NCBI GenBank assembly: GCA_040954595.2
Contig: CM082588.2
Span: forward strand, 3,534,056-3,598,055
Direction of reading: 5' to 3'
From: Balanoglossus misakiensis
Lineage: Eukaryota; Animalia; Hemichordata
Length of the DNA stretch: 64,000 nt
Part shown: piece by piece, positions 30,301 through 43,744 of the stretch
How positions within the stretch are numbered: the stretch's first letter is position 1
Layout: the number at the start of each line of letters is the position of its first letter
Translations under genes and position numbers: made by a program
Notes under the pieces: generated by a model
What the model was told of the DNA's origin: nothing
Database searches by the model: none
What the model saw: only the letters and a program-made list of their open reading frames with translations

Positions 30301-33300
30301 GGGACAGAGTCGGTGTCTTTTGATATTAACTCTGATCATTTTTGTTTCCCCCTTGAGGAATCACGCTATTCTTCGTTCCACAGAATCGCCAGTCTCCAGA
30401 GCCACATTTCCACTTCAATTTGACAATTCCTATGAATGTATAAATTGGCTACATACCGGAAACTACGTCATTGAAGTATTCGACACTTGATGAGATGACA
30501 TGATGATGTCGCAGGCAACTTTAACAATCAGAAATCACACGCAAAACTTGGTGTAATTTCGAAGAAAGTATCTCGCTGCTTTGAAAAAACCCGAAAGCAC
30601 AGCTGGCGATATCGATCTGTGCGGGATAGAGAGTAGCCAAAATAATTTTGTTCACGAACAGCGGCATGATTGTTTCGAATATGCATGTTTTAATGACAGT
30701 CAGATTGTATTTTGCTCGGCTAAATCCACGGAAGGTGTGGACAAAAACATATGATGCTAATTTCGCACTCAGAGAACGCGCTAAAACGCGATGGGTCCGT
30801 GGAAGGTAAATTAGCATAATTGAAATTCGGTATGTTTAAAGCTCTATTGTTAGCTGTTACTTGTTAATTAGGGGGTTGGGCGTTATGCAGATGGTGTTAT
30901 GCGTTGAAACGCAGGTGACCTTTTGGACAACATTCATTAACTGCGCAAATCAACATGGCTGTTCAACTCTGCGTACGGCAAACGTCTTTCTATCTGCCGC
31001 GGGAACCAGGTGACTTTGACAAGCACCAACAACAGGAATATGAGTCTCCCCTGCATTGCAGTCCGTGTAATCGTCACATGATTCTATTCAGATCAGTTCC
31101 ATTAGCACAGAAATTATGAGTGAAGTGTCGTAATCGATTTTAAATAGCCCCCATCTTCCAAAAGAGCGTCAGACCACGCTCATAAAACCCAATTTGGTTT
31201 TTTACCAAACGATGATTAACTATAGGCAGAGATGACCTCCGATTTCTGCGCGAGCGCCACCGCGAAACGCCGCATACATGTTGGAATCATTACATTTCCG
31301 TTTAATGAGATCACGTAGGTTGCCGTTCGCTGCGAGTGAATTTCATTCTATCAGCGGTAGAGTATGCTATCTGTCGGAGTTAATTATTTCGTTACTTTAG
31401 GGCCAAAATTGCGGGTTGTCATGTAATTATTACCTAGTGATACACGCGCGGCAGGGCTATCGATTTCAGAGAGAGAGCTGCAGTTTCTTGGTGTGATTTT
31501 CACGTTAACCTGTAATCAGGAGTGTATTGGAAAGGGGGATCAGGGGATACTCGTTCAGCGAATTAGTCCGCCATTCAAGTGTGGTTTCCTCGTTTATATG
31601 TTCTTCTTCAGAGATACGACATGAAATATATGCAAATGTAAATTAAGGTGATAAGTGATAGAATTGTGTATGGTGATTGTAGTATATACATAACACTAAT
31701 TATCAGCCAACAACGCTCATGAGATTTCATGATCTGCTCGTCTGCAATCTCATCTGACGTCTGAAATATTCTCTCAAAAAATTCTTTGTGTATACATGTA
31801 CGCTTGGTGCTAAAAGCAATGTGTTACAATGAAAGACGAGACTTGAACGTTAAGCATAGACAGCTCAGCGAAATGACTTTAAATTAATGCTTTGTCCGCA
31901 GTAAATCGATACCATTAAACTGTCCAGCTGGAAAATAAGCCGCACGGATTTTATTCCTCGTTGTATCGGGAGGAGATTTTATCAAATTATTTAAGAGACG
32001 TCTGCATGCATGTTGCCCATCAAGGTATAGATGTGGACGTGCTCTACATCCCATGGGCGTGAGTGTTAGCTATTCGCTAGTCTTAAACTATTTCTCACAT
32101 TTCACTCAACGCGAATTTAGATTATTCTCTTTGAAAATTGAGAATAAAAGTTGGGGATGGAAAAATAAATTATTATAGTGCACACTGTATATTCACATTT
32201 AGGACTAGAAACGGTATCAGAAAAATATATTAGCATTCACCAAAGCACTCTTGTGTGTACTTTAGTCTTCATGTGTCTGTGCCATTTAGCCAAGTCAGAC
32301 TATCAGTTACTTTATCGCCATCTATGAAGAGCAAAATGGAATATTTGCTTTCTCTGTGTTTATTTAGGTAATGGTTCTGTATTTAAGGTAGAGAATGTGC
32401 CACCTGTCCAAAAGGTCACATGCAGTCCCTTAACAAACATACACACAGAAGATGTGTATTAATAACACTGCGTGTATGGTAAAGGTTCCCATAGAATAGC
32501 AATTGGAGGTAACGATGATAAACAAACAAACTCGAAGACATTTTGTATTTCCGTTTGATATCTTCGGGACACCATGTTAGTTTCGGGTTGGTGTTTACAA
32601 TCGGAAAACCACAGTGAAATGGTCCACGAGACAACCAAGATCTACAAGACAAGTAAGGGTATTTATAGTATTGTTTTTCAACAGCTCCACTAATTTTCAT
32701 ATGACTATATATGGTCCAAAAGGAAATCTTTGCGAAAGTAGTGCGGGGTAACGCTTTTGCGTGCACACTGCGGATTAATCGCTGTTGACAAAAGCGGTGA
32801 AGCTCAGCCTTACGTGACACGCGAACCGTAGCCACCCATGTTACAAATTAGACGTCCCCAATTCAAAACCAATGCAGCGAGAAATTGACTTACACCGGGA
32901 CACCTTCCGGAAATGACGTTTCCGGAAATAACGTCACAGACACCCATTTACACGGTTTATGTGCTTCTGTGGTCCGTTACCATATGCATGTGTATACTGT
33001 AGCTGTCAGTTTCGCTAATACTGTTTGTATCTGGATTTATTAGGGGTTTAATCTTCAACCAATGAAGGTGTTGACTGAGTCGGGTTGCGCACAGTCTAAG
33101 GGGTTACTTTAATGATGAAATATAACATCGAAAAGCGTGATTTATTTGAATAGGAGTTTTGAGTTCCAATTGTAATTGTCCCTTTTTTGCACGATTATTT
33201 ATCATGCGGGTTGACCTGCATACATTGGCGTTCACGTTAATGAAGACATGAGAATAAAATACAAATGTCACGCACAGAAATTATCAACTATATTCCTGAC

Positions 33301-35140
33301 CACGTCAGCTTTTCACACTGACGTGTCATCTGAGAAACGAGTATCTATGGTTTCGGGTTTCAGCATACGATCCCGATGTCGACGATTGGAATATGACAGC
33401 TGTCTCAGGGTTTCCCATAATTTTGAATGTTTCACTGTCCACACCCAGTTTCCCGTGAAAATATCGTTGCCTTTCTCGATGGTTCAAAGTAATCACGCGA
33501 AGTGGGACAGACGGTCAACTTGAGGCTCCATTAGCTGAAACGTTTGGTTAGTGATTTTTTTTCGGTACGTTTGATCTCATATCAGTTACACGTTCTTGTC
33601 CTGCTTACTATAACATGATGATATATATACCCAGTATCATTCCATTATTAGTATTAGTATTATTGTACCGTGATTACAATGTTGTTTATCAATATCCATA
33701 AAGCACAATCACGCATTTTAATATACCATGTTTTCTCTGGCCAATTTGGTAAGGCGCCGTGTAAACTTGTCACATGGTATTATTAAATATTTTTTCGGTG
33801 TGCTCTCGTGGTAGATGTCGCGGGGGAAAAAGAAGCATAAGGTTATTGTCATTATGTTGAAGTTATATCTTCCTTAACCCTAACCGTAGGCTTGTGCTGA
33901 AAACCGCTTGTTCTCCATGACAACCCTCGATTGCTGTCGTTAACTCAATAACTTCGCATCATATAATCTATTCCGATGGCCAACATTGTAACCAGGGATA
34001 AATCGAAGCGGATTTGTTATTATGGCTGCTGTCGCGAAAAGGCTAGAGCGATGCATTATGCTTGCTGTTAACAGTGATGGCCCTCATCGTTAGAAGACCT
34101 ACGTTTGTGGTGATAGGTGGTGGTCAGTTCAATTCTCCGCGCTTTGAGCGACGTTGATAAACTGGACATCGGGCTTGCAGAAAAATAACGAGAAGCCCTA
34201 GAAAGACTGTCGCGTGGCGCCGAAACTCCGCATGTGAACGTTATCTTCCTTCCCAAGGGTGCGACCGAGTTAGTCTCTATCTATTATTGACGAGGCGGTT
34301 CGCCGAGTTCCCGCCATTCTATTCTCTCTGCTCAATAGCCGCATCCTCAGCGCGAGCGCATATTGATTGGCGTGTCACACAGCGTGAATGGAGACGCGCG
34401 CGTCAATTTAGAACGGATGGCGATATTGTGTGCTGGGAAATATTGATAATCTAATGCCATGCTTCGAGTTTTAAAGAAACACAATCAACATATGCCCGTA
34501 CAAAGAGCGTGTTTAAATATCCTAACGACCATTTAGTGGCCGCGCAATCTTATTTTGTTTGGTCATCGGGCGAAAATCTGTTATTGGCTAGATATCTACT
34601 TTCGATGGCATCTGTGCTTGGATTTCCATAGGCGATACATGTAGTATACTTTTAATCACGTAATCATGGATTGGAAAATTGTAAATGATAGGACACGGCA
34701 GGTGAGATGAGACCTTCAGATCTAAAACACGATATTAGATTCCTTAAGCTGGTTTACTTTAAGTCGTGTATCTCAAATTTGAAACAAGTTCTCCGCTTAC
34801 AAGATGAAATTTAATGTCTGATGTCTTAATATCAATATGCACACGTGGTCCCTATCATCCCTTAGACAAACTAGAAACGTATGGCGCAATCTTATGCAAC
34901 AAATGTTTGAATATGCGAATCAGCGCCATAACCGTGTTGCCGGAGCTAACGCTCAAAACAAGGCGGACAGATGTCCCTAGAGTAAAACTTTATGTTTTTA
35001 ATGCATGGTTAATGCATTGTGCGATGCAATGGAATAAGCGAAGAACAAAATCAAATCTTCAGAGACTCTTGTCTCTTAAAAGTCGATGTATAAAACATTA
35101 TTGGGTGGAATTGTTAGGTTCTTTCCTTTCGAACATAATT

Positions 35141-35299
35141 GAGAGAGGGAGAGCGAGAGAAAGAGCGAGGGGGAGAGCGAGGGGGAGAGAGAGAGGAGAG
35201 AGAGCAGAGAGATTGAGAGAATAGGGGAGAGAGAGAGAGGGGGGGGGGGAGGAAGGAGAAAGAGAGTCTGAGAGACAGACAGAGAGAAAAACAGAGAGA
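35141..35299. repeat. (GA)n-rich polypurine tract with a G-run
   Basis: About 160 bp of almost pure purine on the + strand. Confidence 0.9.
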
Positions 35300-38200
35300 C
35301 TACCCTCCTTACCTAAACTTGGGTGTTCACCTGATCGTTTTTGCGACTTTTAAGAGAAACAGCTTGTTCTGACATCAGCAACAAATATAGAGTTTCCGAA
35401 CGGCTGCGACGTTAAAATCAAAAGTGCCTTTTGGCACATGTACAACAAGATAATTTAAAGCGACCGTTGCTTACTATATTTTACTATCATTCCCCTGTGG
35501 TTACTTATAAAACCCGTCTTTTAACAGAACCCCCCTCAGCTGTAATATTTATTGCAACTCTAGCCCTTCGTGTAGTTGCAAGTTTTTTTTAAATGAAAGA
35601 TATTCTACGATTTTTGAGTTTTTTTAAAGATCCGTTGCCATGGGCAACAGAAATGTTCTCATACAGCACCTAAGTTCAAGCCGTCTTGAAAGTCCATCAT
35701 TCAATGATAATGGTCGCCGTCAGATCGTGAGTGAAGAAATCTGTGACTAATATTAATAGGGGCGCAGCGGTGTGATGTTGCATCGACTGTAGACGGAATT
35801 CAGGAGAACGATTGGAAATCGAGGAAGTGTCAGGAAGATTTCACGCGCGACTTTGATCTAGGTCGCATCGTGTCATGTGGTTTATCTATGGTCAGGTATC
35901 TGTGGATACATCTTCAATGGGAATCGGGATAAATCCTAAAAGGATGGTTATAGTTCATACAGGGAAGAATGTTGGCACTCACCTTTGGCGCGATAAATTC
36001 TGACACAGTGCTTCTTGGGGTCTGGTTATAGAGTGAAGTCTCAGTGCTCCATGAAGGTGTATAACTGGCAGATACGTGGGCGCTCTTCTCAACCCCCTGT
36101 CGCGGTTATCGACTTGGTCGCTTCTGGGTTATGACTCAGTCGACACGCACGCACACGCAAGACGCGGTCATCGGCTACGGCTGAGAAACCACGGCTTCTT
36201 CCGCTGATGTGGGGGGCTGGCTGCTGGGAGACGCGAGATCAAAACGACGCAGACGCGGACTCTCAACGCGTTGCCCAGAACGAATTTACGAAGCGCACAG
36301 GCAGGGTCGTTGGCAAGCTCCGCGAAGCACGTAGAGAAAATAGGAAAATTGCCAGTGGAAATTGAAAAAAACCTTCATGTGGGTTGTTCCATTAAACTGG
36401 GGGTGAAGCTCAGTTCCCCAGCAATGAGGTGCCTTGATGGAGAAAAGCAGTACACGTATAGTTGCCGAATTGGCGTCTAATGCGACATCTGCAATAAAAT
36501 AGCTCTCATTTCAAGCAAGATATTGTCCAATGTCGAATTACAATGCTCATTACAGACACTCACGCAGCCGGAATGAGTTTTTACCCTGTAGTGTTATCGT
36601 AATACTCTGCAGGAGGAAAATATTTTGTTCTTCGTCAACCAGAATTGCCAATTCTGTCAATTTCATTTGAATATCAGAAACGCCAATTCAGATTTTTCAC
36701 ACAGCACTGCAGAAACACGATTAGCCTTAGTGGCGAAACGGAACCCGCCTGAGTGAACTCGAGAAGAGATGGAAAGTGAGATACACAAATTGTCGTTCAC
36801 TCGGATACAGTGTTCAATTGACTGGCGCAAATCAGAACGATTCATAAAAAGATTCAATAACAATTTCCTCGTGTGCTAAGTAAATGCGTTTTAATAGTGA
36901 AATATATCAAAAGACAAACTGAATGGCGCTTGTACCATGCCAGATTTTCTGAGTGACGTGTTAATCAATATGTAATGTTGTAGCCTTAAGATTTATTAAA
37001 AACTATCGATCTTCTTTAAACATTATTTCATGAAAATTCATGCAAGTCCACAATACTCCTATGTTCTGCACTCACTACAAATCGCGAGGAGATTTTATTT
37101 TAATGAGCACTGGATGTTTACCCCGTCACACCTGCTTGTATTTTTTTGCTCGCTTTTTCGAAACCTTGGCCTACAAACGGTTGTCACGGCAACGTCACAC
37201 GGGCTATATTGCGATATATGTCCATGGACCTAGACACAACCAGTGTCACGTACGCCAGATATAAAAAACTCCCACAACAAATGATTGCACCGATTTATAA
37301 CGATGATACACATAGCCCAATACTAACATCTTTAAGCAGCTATACAGTGATGGACTAAATTGCATTACCTAGACTAGGAACAGACTGTTAGATTTAAAAT
37401 GAGGATCATCATTAGACAGAGAAGATGGGGGTCCCATATTCTATGCAAATAACTTTCCCAGAGCTACCCCAGCTATTAGAGGCAGAGGTAGAAAATCCTC
37501 CAGGGTATCACAGCTGTGGAGTTGCACAGCTATAAATCTGCACAGTCTCTGGCGATTCGTGACTGCTTCAGGGAACATAGTAGAGCGAACCCCCCAAAAT
37601 CACTTTTTTTTTTTACTCTAGTGCGGATCAAACGTTATTATTTGGGTGGTGAACATTACTGTATCAACGGCAACTCAGTTACTTGTTTCTAAATTTGATG
37701 TCATCAAGTTGGAACACACAGTAAATTTGAACTAGCGAAGCAGCATGATTTGAACCAATATTTTCTGGATCCATTTACAGGTAATCATAATACTGATGCG
37801 AAAACTGTATGGATTGTCCTTATCATGGACTGCACGACACATCATGGATCTGGGCATCAATACGCCTGCTGAGTTCACGACCCTGTCTGATGGATGGGCG
37901 ACTGCGCGTTCCTGGAAACCAAGTCGACAATAGCCTGACGAGGTATGAGAGTATATACGTGAACAATGTGGGGAGTAATGCATTGATAAGAATGGGATAC
38001 TCAGACACGGGGAATGGAAGGAAAAATCAAGGTGGCTTTGTCGCCTCATGTTCAGTATTTCGTGCAAATTGGCGCATTACTGCCGTTGCTAGACAACGCG
38101 ACAGAGGCTATTAAATGTTACACTGTCTACACTGGCATCTCCATGGCGTATCGTCAGCATCGAACTGCCGACTACTCAGACATGTCTTCCTGTCGAATAA

Positions 38201-41200
38201 CAGATTTACATGTAGACATGGAGTAATTGCCCGTGGAACTGTCGCGTACGCTTTGAAGCCAGCCGTCTCACAAGCCGTGTTTTCTGATTTGCTCCCATCC
38301 ATGCAATGTTCGGCCATCTTTTCTCGCAATAAGTAGACCATTTCCCGAAGTTCATTTGTCCCTGCGAGATCTCGCGTGGCTAGGTAGTTTACATGTGATA
38401 CAGGACAAATAACACAAAAGTTACACATTTTAACAACTCTTCTCCTTTTCTAGTTTCGTACAAAGCTTAACTTGGAATACCTGGCAAGTAATCCGTTGCT
38501 ACGGCAATTAACCAAGTCTCGCGAGATCTCGCTCCCGGTGCCAACGACCGAGTCTACCTTGAGACCACCCTTACTCAAAGTTTCACGTCAAAACACGAGC
38601 AGTTGCTGCAAATCACTTGAATCAAGGTCGTGTCAACTCATTCTCCTCCCTTAGAGCCACTTCGACCCTCTGCCTGTCAATCAAACTCTAAAACGAAAGC
38701 ATGCATATAAATATGGATTTCACATCATCATTTATTATTTCATTTCTAATTCTCTGTCTATCGATTCACGATACTGGAGTCACATGATAATAACAAAGTG
38801 TCCCTGCAGGCTTGTTTGGCTGAATCACGAGCAGAGCTGACTGTCGATCTAAAATCGATACGTCGGCTACGAGGTCAACACAGGGACTGGATACAAACAA
38901 TTAGCCTGCGCCAGAAACCAACTGTCCCGTATAATTACAATGAATACCCGATTAGTAAAATTTCTACACTGGGAATGGGAATGGGGTTTATTTGCATCGG
39001 GAATGGGGGTAATCGGTGAACCTGCATTCCTGCATCAGGAATCAATGAGATGCGCGGCGGATAGACACACATATCCGCGGGCAGGGAGCATCGCCTCCAA
39101 TTTGGGTCAACCTTACAAGACTAAAGCTTATTACAGTATAGTGGGTGTTCAATGTCCAGAGATCCCCGTGGGACACCTCAACGACTGCAAGAGGTGAACA
39201 TCGAACGTACAAGTGGAACGGGATCTACAGAAGTCAATTTCGATTGAAGGGTATTCGTATTACATCCAATTACTTCGGCAATGTTTGGACAAAACAGTTC
39301 ACAGGAAAGTCTTTGAGCAGATTTAATACACATTAAAATTTGGGCTAATCACAAAAGTTAGATCACGAACGTGGGAAAAACAACCTGGAGATTGCCAAAA
39401 CAATACAGCCTACAGGCCGACCAATTTAACACGTTCATTTATAAAATGGCGTATTATTTCGAATTCAATAAAAAAATATTAAATTATTTAACATATAGTG
39501 ATTCGCACGTAATATATTCTGTAAGCCATCAATTTTGTTTTACAATGTCTTCGAATTTGTATGATAATTTTCTATATATTCGGTATAGAATATTATCTGT
39601 CAACAGGTTTGATGGTGCTTGTTTTATTGTCAAATTTATCTCAACCGAGCTTAAAATCTTTGCTGTTGGATCGCAAATACGACAGGCATCCATTTACAAT
39701 GGCCTTTCTATAGGTGATTTTGCATCGTATTTTCATGAATGAGAAGTTGCAAAGAAATCAGGCTTTGTTTTCATCTCACTGTGGATTTAGCCTTTGCTTA
39801 TTGATTGTCACTAGACACGATTCATCATCGCGTTTTATGCTTGTTATGCGCGATTCTGATATAGTCGAGTCACATGGGGTATGCCCGTTATTAGTGTTGA
39901 CGCGGGGAGAATGAAACTGTCTCGCTCTGGGAATATGCCAATTTACACGCAGGCACGAGGCTTCCTGGACCAATAACGAAACTGTTGAACGTGTATGAGT
40001 TCATTAAGGTGTGTAGATATGAAAGCGAGTTCCCTGGCAGCTCGACCCGACCTCGCATCCATGTCTGTTGTGGTCTTCGAAATGATGCACAAAGGTATAC
40101 TACAGACGCGCAGAGATTGAAAACAGGCTACCTATATGTCTGTAATTGTCTTTTAAATGATTAAGTATTCAGACATGCACTAAACTCTTGAAGCAAAATT
40201 ACAAGCGGAGGCACGTATATACGAGTAGTAATTCTGAAACTACACGCACACAACATGACTTTGGAATGATGTAGCCCGTAGCAGATTACCTTCCCGGAGA
40301 CTCGATTTACTTCCAGTTCCATTATTCCATCATGGTTTTTCACGGCAATTGGGAATCGGTACACGACCGTGAGGATCGGTTTAATACGGCATTGTGCGCC
40401 ATGCTCACGGCTACGGATAGGCGGTCGCAAATAATGGACACAAATGAATAATGGTGTGGAATAACTTTGGCAATGGAGACAATTGCTTTCTGTACAATTA
40501 TCATCCTACACGTATCTGTATGATTGATGGGGACATCCGCTAGCCAGCAATACATGGAAATGATGTTGTCTCGAATTTATTGTATCTTCCCAATGTTTGT
40601 CAACTTGAAAAGCGATAGATTCATAGTTGAGCACGGAGGTGCCTTTTCCCCACCGCCTTTCCTTGTTCACATTGCACATTGCAAACCACGGGAGCACATT
40701 CAGTTCACATCTGGCCAGGGGAATAGTTATGGAAGCAAGCACAAACGCCGGCGCGATGGTTTCTTGCTTTCATGGTATCTTATCATCTCCATCAAAAATT
40801 TATTGGAGATATTCGTTCAACTACAGACGCGATCCGCCAGTTTTAAAATCTTATCGCTTGCAATTAAATTGGAAATTCGTGATTTCCAGATTCCCTGACT
40901 GAAATCAATAAAGGGTATCTTATTTTCTGACTGCTGCAGTTCGTGATTCGTATGTGTTTTTTGCGATACGCCACGCGAAGCCCTGATAGATTGAACCACT
41001 AGTTTACACACACACCCCGGGGGTGTTTCTGGACGACAAACTTCCACAGGAACGGCGAGGACAGTGTCTGTATATCCTTTGTTAATTGTGAATCCCCCGG
41101 GGCAACCGACTCCCCCCTGGTCCGCCCCCACCGACCGACATCGCTATAAGCTACAATCATAATGAACACGACAGGGAAACCACATATACCATGCTGTCTG

Positions 41201-43744
41201 TTGGAAAATATGAAACGCGAACATTAAAAGAAGTAAAAATCATACTAACATGAATTTCGCAGTCGTGGTGTTTTCCATATCATTATCATTACTTTAATTT
41301 CAAATAAACGATACGTCATGTTACTACGAGTGTATCTCTTTGTTAATGATGTCATACCAAATTGTAAAAATGACTACCGCATAGGTCGGTATTTATTTGA
41401 CAAGAAACGGAAAAATATACTTCCTTTTTACGATTTTGATATAGGTCCCCACTCCACATTAATTGAATTTCTACTTAACAGAGTCAGGGCAATAGTGCGC
41501 GACCGTGTTTTTGCTTTCGATTTTATGTTGTGTCGGTAAAAAGAAAAAAAGTGATGTAATATCAAATGGAAAGAATTGAAATAATGCCAAAGGCCAGTGC
41601 ATACCCTCTTACGGTCTTCCGGTTTATTCTGCCGTGACACAAAACCAGATCATTACCTTTGGTATATGGACTGCCTAATGGGACCAGATCCATATCGGGG
41701 TCTGGTTTCCTCGTTAGAAGTCTGGTTGGTCGCGACTAAGTGAATTGAGTATAGCCAAACTCTGCCTTATACCCGAAAGTTTAACAACCGAAAATGATAT
41801 TTGTATGATATTAAACCTAACGTCAACACAATTCTGAGAAAATTTCACGAAATTGCTTGATGAACGCAGCAGCTGTTTCATGATATCAGTGGAACAAACT
41901 TTAGTTTATGACTGATACTCACCAGCACACGTCAGTAATGGAGACACGGGAACATTAATTGGACTAAACTCCCACGTATGCCGAAAACATGAATCGGTGT
42001 GACTGTGTTTTACAAAACGAATGCGTTAAAACATCGGAAACATTTTAGTGTGAAGCATGAATAGTTATAATACATTTTGCTCGAATGTCTTATTCTGTCT
42101 TACTTTTACTTGTGGTTCACCAAGATTGCCAAAAACGAGCTGAATTTCCCTTAAAAGGCCACGGATAATTTAATATCTCTGTATCCTGTTATTGACAGCA
42201 TGTGTGTTTAGTTACTAGTATGGCGATCAACAAGGTAAAAAAAAGATCGAATATTATATGTCATTATTGCCCCCTCGGGTGATTTTGTATCTGCTTTCAT
42301 TTCCTGTGTAATCAATTATACCCATCTGTTAATCTCCACGGTGCTATAGTCCAAATAATGCCATGAAGAAATAATATTTTTCTCTTTCTGTCTCTCCCAG
42401 GGGTCAGTGGGGTGGTCGTGTCGTGTTCTGCGTTCACGTGGTAATTTCGAGACTGAAGGAGAACGAACTTTGGCAGAGGAACCAACCTATCGTAATCAAT
42501 GTATGAATATTTCATGATTAAGCGTAAAAAAATCTAGCTTACAGGACTTACGTACAGCATTGCACACATGTGCATGTACACCATATGTGTGGATGCTAAC
42601 GTTGGTGGTGCACTTTACATTGTTACTTCGAGAGAATTAATAAATATCCCGCCAGGTGGCGTATGACAAGTTCCCTGATGGTGTTACCCTGTATTTGACC
42701 TGAAACGCGATAAAACGTTCAATTTCCCGACTAAATTTCCACTGATTCCTACCAAGTTCTACATAGGACATGGAATGTGAAAACGACCAAAATTTAAAGT
42801 GTCTATAGTGTTGTGTGTTGTCTTGTGTGTGTCCAGTGTCGTTTTCGTGTGGTGGTTAAAGTTAAGTTATGAATTGCTGCACGTCTACTTGTCTGAGGTG
42901 GTTAGACAGTCAGTTACACATCTTATCATCTAACGGCTTTTACGAAATGAACTCTGCTATGACACACAACCAGTGTGAATAACTGCGCATGGACAATTCA
43001 CCAGCCCTGGATTACATAATCTCTGCAATGACTTGGTCGATAATTCGGGGAGAAACTAAAACAATAGACAGTGGAGCACAGTGGACAATAACTCTGAATA
43101 AATTATTCTAGAAAATATGTACAGCAATGCACCTGGAAGGCGGTATAAAAGGTTGCGGGCCCATTCTAGAGGGGGAGACTGACGTGACAGCCGGCGGTAG
43201 CACTGAGGCACTGTGTGTGTAATCCTACCAGAATCTGACTGCCAGGCCTGTTTGGCGAAACTACAACGGTGACGGAGTTTTCCACCAAGTGTGATCACAG
43301 ACATCCTGTGCGGCCACGGATCGACCATCTTCTCGATGAAACTGGAAAGACTGATATATTCTGCGACCCATTTCCCGGAACATTGTCACTACTGTAGTCA
43401 CTGAACTCAACGATCTTTCTTAGCAAGGGTAGGACAACCGTTCGATAACCACCTGTTAATGTCTTTTGTAATGTCTGTACCGTTTCATGTCTTTGTGTTT
43501 TGTGTAATATTTCTTTACTGTGCATCCACTTGTATTTTGTCTATAGTGGCTGTCCCTGTAAAATTTATTGGATCCATCGATACAATTCTGCAAGTTGAAT
43601 AAATAGTCTATGCATAAACGTAATAAAGTATCTGAGTTTTACGATTCCCGTAGTAAGGGGTCCCCAGCACAAAAGAACCCAGTCACATGGTCTGAGGGAA
43701 AACCTACCTGGTACTGCCCACACTATCATACCTTGTGACCTGGT

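Noticed and set aside
33873-33885. Telomere-like TTAACCCTAACC
   Set aside because: Only about two units, which is expected by chance.
37559-37604. Resemblance to the U6 snRNA 5' end
   Set aside because: Too short and lacks the ACAGAGA and AGC catalytic motifs. Kept only as an unknown Pol III candidate.
17000-43000. Numerous 60-140 aa ORFs in the intergenic region
   Set aside because: No recognisable domains, many non-ATG starts, and no chain of phase-compatible exons found.
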